Positions 8,387-18,110 of a stretch of DNA of 33,916 nucleotides are shown here, in pieces. Position 1 is the first letter of the stretch; every line of letters begins with the position of its first letter. The stretch is from an uncultured Clostridia bacterium. GTDB lineage: Bacteria; Bacillota; Clostridia; TANB77; CAG-508. A program made the translations under genes and the position numbers. Location of the stretch: assembly GCA_904419095.1 (NCBI GenBank), contig CAJFQT010000002.1:1-33916 (forward strand), read 5' to 3'. The notes below the pieces were generated by a model. The model saw only the letters and a list, made by a program, of their open reading frames with translations. It was not told the DNA's origin and did not search any database.

Positions 8387-9421
8387 ATGTTTAAAGATAA
8401 AGTGCTTATGATTACTGGTGGAACTGGTTCTTTTGGTCATGCTGTACTTGATAGATTTTTGAATACAGATATTAAAGAAATAAGAATTTTTTCAAGAGAT
8501 GAGAAGAAACAGGATGATATGAGGAAAGAGTATGATAATGATAAGATAAAGTTTTATATTGGAGATGTGAGAGATAAAGCAAGTATAAAGAATGCAATTT
8601 ATGGAGTAGATTATATTTTTCATGCTGCTGCTTTAAAGCAAGTGCCTTGCTGTGAGTTTTTTCCTTTGGAAGCAGTAAAGACAAATATTATTGGAACTGA
8701 TAATGTTCTTACATCTGCTATTGAGGCTGGTGTTAGTAAGGTGATATGCCTTTCTACAGATAAAGCTGCATATCCTGTTAATGCAATGGGAAGTTCAAAA
8801 GTGATGATGGAAAAGGTTATTGTTGCTAGGTCTAGAAATGTTGATCCTGAAAAAACGACAATTTGTGCTACTAGATATGGAAATGTGATGTGTTCTAGAG
8901 GGTCTGTAATACCTCTTTTTATCGAACAGATTAAAGAAAAAAAGCCACTTACTATTACAAATCCTAATATGACTAGATTTATTATGAGTTTGGATGAGGC
9001 TATTGATTTGGTTATGTTTGCTTTTGAAAATGCTAAGTCTGGGGACATAATGGTTCAGAAGGCTCCTGCTTGTACTATTGGAGTTCTTGCACAGGCTGTT
9101 AAAGAAATTTTTCATGCTGAAAACGACGCAGTGAAAATAATTGGCATAAGGCATGGGGAAAAAATGTATGAGACTTTACTTACTAATGAGGAGTGTGTGC
9201 ATGCTATTGATATGGGGAATTTTTATAGAGTGCCTTGCGATAAGAGGGATTTGAATTATAATAAGTATTATTACAATTCGGATGAGATTTATAGTGGCTT
9301 GACTGAGTTTAATTCTAATAATACGGAGTTGTTGACAGTTGAGGAGGTTAAGAGTAAATTGCTTGGTTTAGAGTACATAAAAAATGAATTGAATAGTTTG
9401 GGAATAAATTCTTTTGTATAG
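8387..9421 (+). CDS. capE: UDP-N-acetylglucosamine 4,6-dehydratase/5-epimerase (CapE/FnlA)
   Basis: Near-colinear with the S. aureus CapE sequence as recalled: ITGGTGSFG, IRIFSRDEKKQDDMRK, FHAAALKQVP.CEFFP.EAVKTNIIGT.NVL, CLSTDKAAYP.NAMG.SK.MMEK, TRYGNVM.SRGSVIPLF, IMVQKAP. Confidence 0.92.
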   Translation: MFKDKVLMITGGTGSFGHAVLDRFLNTDIKEIRIFSRDEKKQDDMRKEYDNDKIKFYIGDVRDKASIKNAIYGVDYIFHAAALKQVPCCEFFPLEAVKTNIIGTDNVLTSAIEAGVSKVICLSTDKAAYPVNAMGSSKVMMEKVIVARSRNVDPEKTTICATRYGNVMCSRGSVIPLFIEQIKEKKPLTITNPNMTRFIMSLDEAIDLVMFAFENAKSGDIMVQKAPACTIGVLAQAVKEIFHAENDAVKIIGIRHGEKMYETLLTNEECVHAIDMGNFYRVPCDKRDLNYNKYYYNSDEIYSGLTEFNSNNTELLTVEEVKSKLLGLEYIKNELNSLGINSFV

Positions 9422-9451
9422 AAGTATAGATGGAAATAGGAGGTTTAAATT

Positions 9452-10636
9452 TTGAAAATATTGGTTACAGGTTCAAATGGATTTGTTGGTAAAAATTTGG
9501 TTGAGAAATTGAAAAATAGGGGATATAATCAAATATTGGAATTTACAAAAGAGAATAGTATTGAGGAGCTTGAGAGATATACTAGAGAGTGCAATTTTGT
9601 GTTTCATTTGGCTGGGGTAAATAGAGCTATGAGTGAGAGTGATTTTCAAGATGGAAATGTCGAGTTGACAAAGAAACTGGTTGAGTTTTTAGAAAAAAAT
9701 AATAATAATTCTCCAATTTTGTTTACTTCATCAGTTCAGTCGAAGTTAGATAATTTTTATGGAAAGAGTAAAAGGCAATGTGAGAAGATTTTTTTACAAC
9801 ATGCAAGTAGAACTAATGCTATTGTATACATATATAGACTAACAAATGTTTTTGGAAAATGGTGTAAGCCGAATTATAATAGTGTTGTTGCGACTTTTTG
9901 TTATAATATTGCGAATGATTTGCCAATTAAAGTAGAGAATAAAAACAGAAAGTTAGAGCTTGTGTATATTGATGATGTATTAGAAGATTTTATATCTAAA
10001 CTTGAAAATAATCTTGTGGTTTGTAAAACAAAAAAAAGAGAAATAGAATTGAAATCAGCACATTTTTTTAAGATAGAGAAAAGTTATTTTATAACTGTAA
10101 AAAGATTAGCTGATACAATATGCAATTTTGAAGAGCAGAGAAAAAAGTTAGTAATACCAGATTTGAGTGAAGAGTTTATTAGGAAATTGTATAGTACTTA
10201 TTTAAGTTATGTTCCAGCAAGCAAGTTGAAGAAAAAATTAAAAAGTAATGTAGATGAAAGAGGAAGTTTTTCAGAAGTTTTAAAGTCAAAAGAGGCTGGG
10301 CAAATTTCAATTAATATTGCAAAACCAAATGTAGTTAAAGGTAACCATTGGCACCATACAAAGATGGAAAAGTTTTTGGTTGTTTCAGGAAAAGGTGTTG
10401 TAAGGTTAAAGAATTTGAATTCAAATGATTTAATGGAGTTTTTTGTTAATGGGGATAATTTTGAGGTGATTGATATTCCTGTTGGATATGTTCATAATAT
10501 AGAAAATTTAGGAGATTCTGATATGATTACATTGATGTGGGCAAATGAAATATTTAACCCAGAAAAAGCAGATACATATGGAGGTGTTATAAGTGGAAAA
10601 GTTAAAATTGATGACAATAGTAGGAACGAGACCTGA
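9452..10636 (+). CDS. capF: CapF/FnlB-type bifunctional reductase/epimerase (SDR domain plus C-terminal cupin)
   Basis: TTG start behind an AGGAGG RBS. ILVTGSNGFVGKNL Rossmann motif and a C-terminal cupin-like DERGSF....G....N......KGNHWH. Sits between capE and capG. Confidence 0.8.
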   Translation: MKILVTGSNGFVGKNLVEKLKNRGYNQILEFTKENSIEELERYTRECNFVFHLAGVNRAMSESDFQDGNVELTKKLVEFLEKNNNNSPILFTSSVQSKLDNFYGKSKRQCEKIFLQHASRTNAIVYIYRLTNVFGKWCKPNYNSVVATFCYNIANDLPIKVENKNRKLELVYIDDVLEDFISKLENNLVVCKTKKREIELKSAHFFKIEKSYFITVKRLADTICNFEEQRKKLVIPDLSEEFIRKLYSTYLSYVPASKLKKKLKSNVDERGSFSEVLKSKEAGQISINIAKPNVVKGNHWHHTKMEKFLVVSGKGVVRLKNLNSNDLMEFFVNGDNFEVIDIPVGYVHNIENLGDSDMITLMWANEIFNPEKADTYGGVISGKVKIDDNSRNET

Positions 10637-11720
10637 GATTATAAGATTGTCTGAAGTGATTAAACTTGCTGATAGAAGTTTTAATCATATTTTGGTACAT
10701 ACTGGTCAAAACTGGGATTATAATTTAAATCAAATCTTTTTTGAAGAGTTGGGCATAAGGAAACCAGATTATTTTTTAAAGTGTGCAGGGGATAATTTGG
10801 GTGTGACTATTGGAAATATTATTGCAAATACATATGAAGTGATGCAAAATGAAAAGCCAGATGCAGTTTTAATTTTAGGTGATACTAATTCGAGTTTATC
10901 TGCAATATCAGCTAAGAGATTGAAAATACCGATATTTCATATGGAGGCTGGTAATAGATGTTGGGATTGGAATGTGTCTGAAATGATAAATAGAAAAATT
11001 GTGGATCATATATCAGACGTAAATTTGCCATATACAGAGCATGCAAGGAGATATCTTTTGTCAGAAGGTATAGATGGTAAAACAATATTTGTAACAGGTT
11101 CACCAATGAGGGAAGTTTTAGAAAAGAATAAAGAAAAAATAGAAAATTCTAATGTTTTAGAAGATTTAAATCTAAAAAGGGATAGATATATATTAGTTTC
11201 GGCACATCGAGAAGAAAATATAGATAATGAAAAAAATTTTTTTATGTTGATGAATACAATTAATAATATAGCGGAAAAATATAGTATGGAAGTTATTTAT
11301 TCTGTGCATCCTAGGAGTAAAAAGTTTATTGAGAAAAGAAATTTTAAATTTCATCCATTAGTGAGAACTTTAAAACCTTTTGGATTTTTTGAGTATAATA
11401 ATTTACAAAAAAGTTCGTATTGTGTTTTATCTGATAGTGGCACACTTTCAGAAGAGAGTTCTATTTTGGGCTTTTCGGCAGTACTGCTTAGGACATCGAC
11501 AGAAAGACCAGAGGTTATAGATAAAGGAAGTATTGTGATTGGTGGTATTGAAGAAAAAACAGTAAAACAGTCTATTGAGCTTGCAATCTCTTTAAAGAGA
11601 GAGATAGAAGTGAATAAATTAGCCATTGATTATATGGATAATAATGTTTCTGAAAAAGTTGTTAGAGTTATACAAGGGTATACACAAATAATTAATAAAT
11701 GTGTGTGGATGAAGGGATAA
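10593..11720 (+). CDS. capG: UDP-N-acetylglucosamine 2-epimerase, non-hydrolysing (CapG/FnlC)
   Basis: KLMTIVGTRPEIIRL, LVHTGQNWDY, ILGDTNS, H.EAGNRC and SDSGT..EES motifs. GTG 10593 is preceded by GGAGG and overlaps capF by 44 nt. ATG 10611 is an alternative start. Confidence 0.9.
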   Translation: MEKLKLMTIVGTRPEIIRLSEVIKLADRSFNHILVHTGQNWDYNLNQIFFEELGIRKPDYFLKCAGDNLGVTIGNIIANTYEVMQNEKPDAVLILGDTNSSLSAISAKRLKIPIFHMEAGNRCWDWNVSEMINRKIVDHISDVNLPYTEHARRYLLSEGIDGKTIFVTGSPMREVLEKNKEKIENSNVLEDLNLKRDRYILVSAHREENIDNEKNFFMLMNTINNIAEKYSMEVIYSVHPRSKKFIEKRNFKFHPLVRTLKPFGFFEYNNLQKSSYCVLSDSGTLSEESSILGFSAVLLRTSTERPEVIDKGSIVIGGIEEKTVKQSIELAISLKREIEVNKLAIDYMDNNVSEKVVRVIQGYTQIINKCVWMKG

Positions 11721-11721
11721 A

Positions 11722-12861
11722 ATGAAGAAAAAAGCAAAGGTTTTGATAATGTATTCAGGTTATCTTCCTGCTAAAACATATGGAGGACCTGTTAATTCGA
11801 TTAGTAATATAGTTCAGGCATTGGGTGAATGGTTTGATTTTTATGTGATTGCTTCAAATCATGAGCTTAAAAGTATTAAGAGATTAAGTGGTATTAGATA
11901 TGGTTGGAATAGGATAGGATATGCTAATGTTAAATATTTATCAGATGAAGAATTAAATGTGAAAAATATTTTGTGTCAAATAAAAGAAGTTTCTCCTGAT
12001 GTGATTTATTTGAATAGTGTTTTTTTGTATAAATTTGTTATTGCAAGTTTGAAGTATCTGAAAAATCATAAAGTAAAGTTGGTGATTGCTCCACGAGGAG
12101 AGGTGTGTACAAATGCTTTGAAGATTAAAAGAGTAAAAAAAGAGTTGTATTTGAATTTGTTGAAAAATATTAGTTTAAAGGATGAGATATATTGGCATTC
12201 TACTTCTGATGAGGAGACTAAAGGTCTTATTAAGAAATTGAATATTTCGCCAGTGAAGATACAGAAATGTGAGGTTTTGCCAGAGAAGGTTATTCCTGAA
12301 ATTAGTTATAAAGTTAAAGAAAAAAGTAAATTAAAATGCGTTTTTATTTCAAGAATTTGTGAGAAAAAGAATTTGATTTCTGCTATAAGATATGTGAGAA
12401 GGGCAAATATTGGAGTTACATTAGATATATATGGGTTTAAAGAAAACTTGAAATATTGGCAGATGTGTAGTAAGGCGATTGGTGATTCAAGAAGAATTAA
12501 ATATTGTGGTGAATTGGAGTCAAAAGATGTAATAAATACATTTAATAAATATGATTTGTTTTTATTTCCAACTATGAGCGAGAATTATGGACATGTTATT
12601 GAGGAGTCTTTGATTGCTGGTTGTCCTGCTTTGATTAGTGATCAAACTCCGTGGATGGATATTATGGATAAAAATGCAGGGTTTATTGTTAGGTTGGGAA
12701 ATGATAAAGAGTTTATTGGTGTTTTGAATCGTTTGTGTGAATTGGGTAATGATGATTATTGTATGCTAAGAAAAAATTGTAGACAATATGTTGCTGAAAA
12801 AAATGAGTATTATAGTGTAGTGGAAAAGTATAAGCGTTTATTTGGTGTATTGAATTTTTAA
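11722..12861 (+). CDS. GT4-family glycosyltransferase
   Basis: 379 aa with GT-B features, including the C-terminal EN(Y)GHVI.ESL..GCP.L.S motif. The RBS GAAGGGA overlaps the capG stop. Confidence 0.75.
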   Translation: MKKKAKVLIMYSGYLPAKTYGGPVNSISNIVQALGEWFDFYVIASNHELKSIKRLSGIRYGWNRIGYANVKYLSDEELNVKNILCQIKEVSPDVIYLNSVFLYKFVIASLKYLKNHKVKLVIAPRGEVCTNALKIKRVKKELYLNLLKNISLKDEIYWHSTSDEETKGLIKKLNISPVKIQKCEVLPEKVIPEISYKVKEKSKLKCVFISRICEKKNLISAIRYVRRANIGVTLDIYGFKENLKYWQMCSKAIGDSRRIKYCGELESKDVINTFNKYDLFLFPTMSENYGHVIEESLIAGCPALISDQTPWMDIMDKNAGFIVRLGNDKEFIGVLNRLCELGNDDYCMLRKNCRQYVAEKNEYYSVVEKYKRLFGVLNF

Positions 12862-12942
12862 AATGAAAATTGGGGATAGAGGAATTTTGATGCTGAGAAA
12901 GTATTTAAAAATTGAATAGTTATGTTTTTGTGATTTAGCATA

Positions 12943-13040
12943 GAGATGGGCCGTCCGAAAGGTTGGTAATGATGTGTTTTAAAATTTTTCCTACTCACTG
13001 CATTCAGAAAGAAGTTGTAGGGCTCTCTCATGAGCCTCTT
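12943..13040. repeat. Truncated copy (left half only) of palindromic element A
   Basis: 12943-13040 aligns with 6047-6145. A 53-bp core ttcctactca.t.cattcagaaagaa.ttgtagggctctctcatgagcctctt differs at 3 positions. No right arm is present. Confidence 0.85.
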
Positions 13041-13057
13041 GAGTTGGTGGTGGTTTT

Positions 13058-14260
13058 GTGAATATTTTGTATTTTGGTAATTTTTGTGATTTGGGTTTGA
13101 TGAAAAGAGATGAGAAGAGAAGTAAACATACCTATAAAATGGCACAGTATAATTATGAAAAGGCTTTTTGTGATGAAATGTGTAAAGTGAATTCTTTAAA
13201 AATAGTGTCACTTTATCAACAAGAATGTTTTCCTAAAAATAAGCTTATTTTTGTGCGAAAAAGTCGTAAATATTTAAATAAAAAAATACAATATATATGG
13301 TATATTAATTTACCTTTTATAAAGGAATTGATATATTTTATTAGTGCTTGTTTTATAATTCTTTTTTGGAATTTTGGATGTAAGAATGAGCAGAAAAAAT
13401 GTATTTTTGCTAATTTACATTATGCACCTGTGTCTTTGGCGATTGTATTTATGGGAAAGATTTTGGGTGTGAAAAAAGTGATTGCTTTTACTGATTTATC
13501 TTTATATACATATTCAGATGAAAAGATAGGAAAAATGCCTTTATATAAGAAGGTTTTAATTAAGCCTTATGTGAGAGTGGTTAATAAATTACAGAAGAGT
13601 TATGATTTGTATATTTTGTTCTCTGAGCCGATGAAAGATGTTGTGAATAAAGCAGGTAAACCATATTTGGTTATGGAGGGAATTTATAATCCTGATGGAA
13701 TTGTTTTTGAAAAACAGGAAAAATGTAATGCTATTTTATATGCTGGTAAATTAAATAGAGAAGTGGGGGTTCAAAAAATTTTAGATGTTTTTAATATGAT
13801 TGATGATGATAGTTTGGAATTGTGGTTTTTAGGAAATGGAGATATGAAGGATGAAATTCTGGAAGCTTCTAAAATTAATAAGAATATAAAATATTTGGGA
13901 TTTAGAGACAGAAAAGAAGTTTTTAGATTTTTGCAGAAAGCTAAATTGTTAATTAATTTAAGAAATCCTGATGATGAATATACAAAGTATTCTTTTCCTT
14001 CTAAGACTTTTGAGTATATGGTTTCTGGTACACCAATGATTTCTACTGATTTAGAGGGGATTCCTGATGAGTATAAGAAATATATGTTTATGGTTGATTA
14101 TAGTGATGAGAAAATAGTTGATAAGATTTATGAGATTTTAAATTTAGATGATACTTTTTTAGAAGAGTTTGGAAAAAAAGCTAGGGAATTTGTGTTGAAT
14201 GAGAAGACCCCATGTGTACAAGTGAAAAGGGTGAGTAGATTTTTAAAATCTTATGTTTAA
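13058..14260 (+). CDS. Glycosyltransferase (GT4-like)
   Basis: 400 aa, GTG start (MNILYFGNF...). The C-terminal half has GT-B signatures (YAGKL, LGNG, SKTFEYMVSGTPMIST). Confidence 0.65.
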   Translation: MNILYFGNFCDLGLMKRDEKRSKHTYKMAQYNYEKAFCDEMCKVNSLKIVSLYQQECFPKNKLIFVRKSRKYLNKKIQYIWYINLPFIKELIYFISACFIILFWNFGCKNEQKKCIFANLHYAPVSLAIVFMGKILGVKKVIAFTDLSLYTYSDEKIGKMPLYKKVLIKPYVRVVNKLQKSYDLYILFSEPMKDVVNKAGKPYLVMEGIYNPDGIVFEKQEKCNAILYAGKLNREVGVQKILDVFNMIDDDSLELWFLGNGDMKDEILEASKINKNIKYLGFRDRKEVFRFLQKAKLLINLRNPDDEYTKYSFPSKTFEYMVSGTPMISTDLEGIPDEYKKYMFMVDYSDEKIVDKIYEILNLDDTFLEEFGKKAREFVLNEKTPCVQVKRVSRFLKSYV

Positions 14261-14333
14261 TTAGAATATAAAACAAGTAAACTGGAAATAATTCAAAATA
14301 AGAAACTGTAAATATGGATTGAGGAGAAATTGA

Positions 14334-15671
14334 ATGTCTTTTTTTATATTAGTACTGATTATTGTGGGAATAATAATATTTCAAAAAGTAGATATAGATA
14401 GAAATATTAAGAAGATTTCATTGGCGTATTTGCTTATGACAGGAGTTATTCTTTTCATTTCTTCCTTAAATCCATTGAAGTTGTATAATGTTTCAAATTA
14501 TACATATTTATTGGTTATTGTAAGTATTATTGCATTTATAGTGCCATTTTTTTTAATTTCTAAGAAGATTATTAAAGAGAAACCAACCTATAATATAATG
14601 AATGAAAATATTAGTGTAACACTTAATAAGCTTTTAAAATCAAAAATATTTATATCAATAGTTATTCTTAATTTAATATTAGTAACAATTTATAAAATAA
14701 AATATGATTTCATAATTCAAGACTTACCTAAGCAAGAAATAAGAATGGCAAGATTTAATTCTCTATTTTCTAACACAATGGAAGCATTATTTTTTAATTA
14801 TATTATTACAGGTCTAGTAAATATATTGTCAATTATTTTTTCCATTTCTTTAGTGCATAAGAAATTCAAAAATCTTGTATTTATTTTAATTGGTTTAAAT
14901 ATAATTATATATTCTTTAATTGGATATGGTAGAATGATATATTTTAACATTTTTTTGTATATTGTTATAAATATGTTATTAAAAAGAGATATAAGAAGCT
15001 ATATTAATAAAAAATTTTTAGTTAAGTTAGTATCGGTTTGTTTGGTTGTTTTTGCAATTTTTACATCTATGGTTTATATGAGAATTGGAAAAAAGAGTTC
15101 ATCAGTTGGCGAAAATATAGTTTTATCTGTAAAAAATCAATTTGAACAAGTTGTGGTATATCTAGTAGGGGAATATAGACTATTAGATTATTTTATAGAA
15201 AATGGTTTTGAAGATTTTAAATCTTATACACTAGGAAGAGCAACTTTGGCAGGAGCAGAGGAAATTTTGTTATATCCAATAAAAGCTTTTGGTATAGATG
15301 TAAAATCTTTTAATAATATTGTATCTCAATATACTCAAAAATCTATTCTTATAGGTGAGAATAATTCATATTTTAATGCATATTATACTTGTATAATGAA
15401 TTATTATTTGGACTTTGGAATATTAGGGGTTATTATTTTTCCTATATTGCACAGTGCATTAATAGTTTTGGCTTTAAAAAATTATTATTTACAAAAAAAT
15501 GTTTATTCATTGATGTTATTTAGCTTTGTTTTGTTAAACTTATTTTTTGGAGTAATAAGATGGAATTATCAATCAGGGACAACTGTTTTTGTACTTGCTA
15601 TTTTGATAGTTTTAAATATGCTAAATAAACCAAAATTATCTGAGGAAAAAACTTTAAATGAAGATTTTTAA
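14334..15671 (+). CDS. Polytopic membrane protein, Wzy-type repeat-unit polymerase candidate
   Basis: 445 aa with about 10-12 hydrophobic helices, no soluble-enzyme motifs, a good GAGGAG RBS and a position inside a Wzx/Wzy-type locus. Confidence 0.55.
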   Translation: MSFFILVLIIVGIIIFQKVDIDRNIKKISLAYLLMTGVILFISSLNPLKLYNVSNYTYLLVIVSIIAFIVPFFLISKKIIKEKPTYNIMNENISVTLNKLLKSKIFISIVILNLILVTIYKIKYDFIIQDLPKQEIRMARFNSLFSNTMEALFFNYIITGLVNILSIIFSISLVHKKFKNLVFILIGLNIIIYSLIGYGRMIYFNIFLYIVINMLLKRDIRSYINKKFLVKLVSVCLVVFAIFTSMVYMRIGKKSSSVGENIVLSVKNQFEQVVVYLVGEYRLLDYFIENGFEDFKSYTLGRATLAGAEEILLYPIKAFGIDVKSFNNIVSQYTQKSILIGENNSYFNAYYTCIMNYYLDFGILGVIIFPILHSALIVLALKNYYLQKNVYSLMLFSFVLLNLFFGVIRWNYQSGTTVFVLAILIVLNMLNKPKLSEEKTLNEDF

Positions 15672-15680
15672 ATTTTATGT

Positions 15681-16973
15681 ATGATATTTAAGTTAAGGTA
15701 TCAAGAGAAAGGGAAGATAGTGAAAGTTTTATGGATTGTTAATAAAGTATTTCCATATCCTGCAAGAAGGCTTGGGATGAAGGAAAATGTTTTTGGTGGA
15801 TGGCTTGAAGGTTTAGCTAATAAATTAAAAGATATTTCGGGAGTAATTTTAGCTATTGCAACTGTGTATAATGGTAATAAAATTGCTTTTTTTGAAGATA
15901 ATAATATTAAATATTATCTAATTCCAGGTTTTCCTGCAATAAAATATAATAAGAAATTAGAACAATATTGGAAATATGTAAAAACTCAATTTAATCCAGA
16001 TATTGTTCATATACATGGTTCAGAATATTCTCATGGTTTAGCTTTTGTAAATATTTTCACAGAAATTAAAACTGTAGTATCAATACAAGGCCTGATATCT
16101 AAATGTGAAGAAGTCTATTATGCGAATATGGACTTTTCAGATATTTTAAAAAATATTACATTTAGGGATTTTATAAAATGTGATAATTTAATTAATCAGA
16201 AGCATAAGTTTAAGATAAGAGGAAAAAATGAAATAGAATTATTAAAGAAAGTAAAATTTGTAATAGGAAGAACTAATTGGGATTATGCAAATGTTAAAGC
16301 TATTAATCCTGATGTGAAATATTATAAGGGCAACGAAACTTTAAGGAATAGTTTCTATAATAAAAAATGGGATATAAATAAAATAGAGAGAAATTCAATT
16401 TTTTGTAGTCAAGCTGGGTATCCGATAAAAGGATTTCATTTTCTTATACAAGTAATCTACTTGTTAAAAAAAGTAAAACCAGATATAAGGCTATATGTTG
16501 CAGGACAAAATCTTTTTGATGCTTCAATAAAGTCAAAAATAAAAAGAAGCGGATATACAAATTATGTATTAAAACTGATAAAAAAATATAATGTAGAAGA
16601 GCAAATAATATTTTTAGGCTTGCTAACTGAAAATCAGATGGTAGATAGGCTACTTAAAACAAATGTATTTGTTTTACCTTCTGTAATAGAAAATAGTTCT
16701 AATTCTTTATGTGAGGCAATGTTACTTGGAATGCCTTGTGTTGCAAGTAATTCTGGTGGAACAATGGACTTGTTAGAAAATAGAAAAGAAGGATTTTTAT
16801 ATCCATATACAGAGCCAGCCTTATGTGCAGAATATATTTTGAATTTTTTAAACGATGATAATATGGCTGTTAAAATGGGGAAAGGTGCTAGAAATAGAGC
16901 TTTAATTAGACATAATTCAGAAAAAAATGTAAAGGAAATTTTAGATATATATAAAGACATACTAAACTTTTAA
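15681..16973 (+). CDS. GT4-family glycosyltransferase
   Basis: VLWIVNKVFPYPA N-terminus, plus LPS..E..SNSLCEAMLLGMPCVASN.GG (the E-x7-E region). The true start may be GTG 15720, behind AGGGAAG. Confidence 0.75.
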   Translation: MIFKLRYQEKGKIVKVLWIVNKVFPYPARRLGMKENVFGGWLEGLANKLKDISGVILAIATVYNGNKIAFFEDNNIKYYLIPGFPAIKYNKKLEQYWKYVKTQFNPDIVHIHGSEYSHGLAFVNIFTEIKTVVSIQGLISKCEEVYYANMDFSDILKNITFRDFIKCDNLINQKHKFKIRGKNEIELLKKVKFVIGRTNWDYANVKAINPDVKYYKGNETLRNSFYNKKWDINKIERNSIFCSQAGYPIKGFHFLIQVIYLLKKVKPDIRLYVAGQNLFDASIKSKIKRSGYTNYVLKLIKKYNVEEQIIFLGLLTENQMVDRLLKTNVFVLPSVIENSSNSLCEAMLLGMPCVASNSGGTMDLLENRKEGFLYPYTEPALCAEYILNFLNDDNMAVKMGKGARNRALIRHNSEKNVKEILDIYKDILNF

Positions 16974-17147
16974 TCTTTTTAACTTTTTTAAGTAAGTTTA
17001 AAGTTTAAAATTTAAAATTTAAATTTTAACATTTTTGTATATAAAAAAATCTACAATTTTAAATTTTCAAATATTAAAATAGCTATAATTTTAAACTTTA
17101 AAAATATTTAAAATCCTCAAAATCTCAAACAAAGAGGGGTGTGAATT

Positions 17148-18098
17148 TTGAAGAAAATTATTTTATATAATCCTGCTATTTCATCATTAAATAAAGGAGA
17201 TGAAATCATTGCAGAAGCTTGCAAAGAAAATATTTATAGTTTCTTTCCAGATAGTATGTATGTAGAAATATCTACGCATTTACCAATAAACAATAAATAT
17301 TTAGAAAGAATTAAAAAAGTTAATTATTCTTTTGTTTTAGGAAGTAATTTATTAATGTCAAAAATGGATGCAAGATTTAGGCAATGGGATATAAAAATGT
17401 GGAATGTAGATTATATGAAACCAGTAATTTTGATGGGAGTAGGATGGAATAGATATTCAGAGAAAGCAACATATTATACAAAAACTTTATATAAAAAACT
17501 ATTCTCAAAAGAATATATACACAGTGTAAGAGATGAATACACAAAGTTAAAATTAAATGAAATAGGTATAAACAATGTAATTAACACAGGATGTCCTACA
17601 TTTTGGGACTTTGACAAAAATTTGTGCAGACAAATCCCAAAAAATAAAAATGAAAAAGTTATTTTCACATTAACAGATTATAGAAGAGACTATAAAAAAG
17701 ATAAACAATTTATAGAAACCTTAAAGAAGAACTATAAAGAAATATACTTTTGGCCCCAAGGAATAGACGATTATGAATACTTAAAAGAACTAGAAAAATC
17801 TAACATAATACAGACAATTCCCCCAGCGCTCAGTGAATTTGATAAAATTTTAGAGAAAAAAATAGACTATATTGGCACTAGACTACACGGAGGAATAAGA
17901 GCATTAAAATATAGATGTAGGACAATTATCTTAGCAGTAGACAATAGAGCAATAGAAATAAATAAAAACTATAACATACCAATACTAAAAAGAGAAGAAA
18001 TCGATAAACTAGAAGAAGAACTAAATAATGAATTAATTACAGATATAAAAACGCCTATTACAAATATAGAAAAATGGAAAAATCAATTCAAGGTATAG
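17148..18098 (+). CDS. Polysaccharide pyruvyl transferase family protein
   Basis: TTG start after an AGAGGGG RBS. N-terminal ILYNPAISSLNKGDEII and central GTRLHGGI resemble the CsaB/WcaK pyruvyl transferase family. Confidence 0.65.
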   Translation: MKKIILYNPAISSLNKGDEIIAEACKENIYSFFPDSMYVEISTHLPINNKYLERIKKVNYSFVLGSNLLMSKMDARFRQWDIKMWNVDYMKPVILMGVGWNRYSEKATYYTKTLYKKLFSKEYIHSVRDEYTKLKLNEIGINNVINTGCPTFWDFDKNLCRQIPKNKNEKVIFTLTDYRRDYKKDKQFIETLKKNYKEIYFWPQGIDDYEYLKELEKSNIIQTIPPALSEFDKILEKKIDYIGTRLHGGIRALKYRCRTIILAVDNRAIEINKNYNIPILKREEIDKLEEELNNELITDIKTPITNIEKWKNQFKV

Positions 18099-18110
18099 GT
18101 ATAAATTATC

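Noticed and set aside
10593-10636. The 44-nt overlap between capF and capG could be a frameshift or a gene fusion
   Set aside because: Both proteins are full-length relative to their families. capG has its own GGAGG RBS 8 nt before GTG 10593, with ATG 10611 as an alternative. Overlapping starts are common in such operons.
16974-17147. AT-rich intergenic region with ttaaaat-type reiterations and two ~32-bp similar units (about 17051-17081 and 17082-17114)
   Set aside because: This is very low-complexity A/T sequence. The similarity is what simple-sequence drift would produce, and no clear promoter spacing or structure could be supported.
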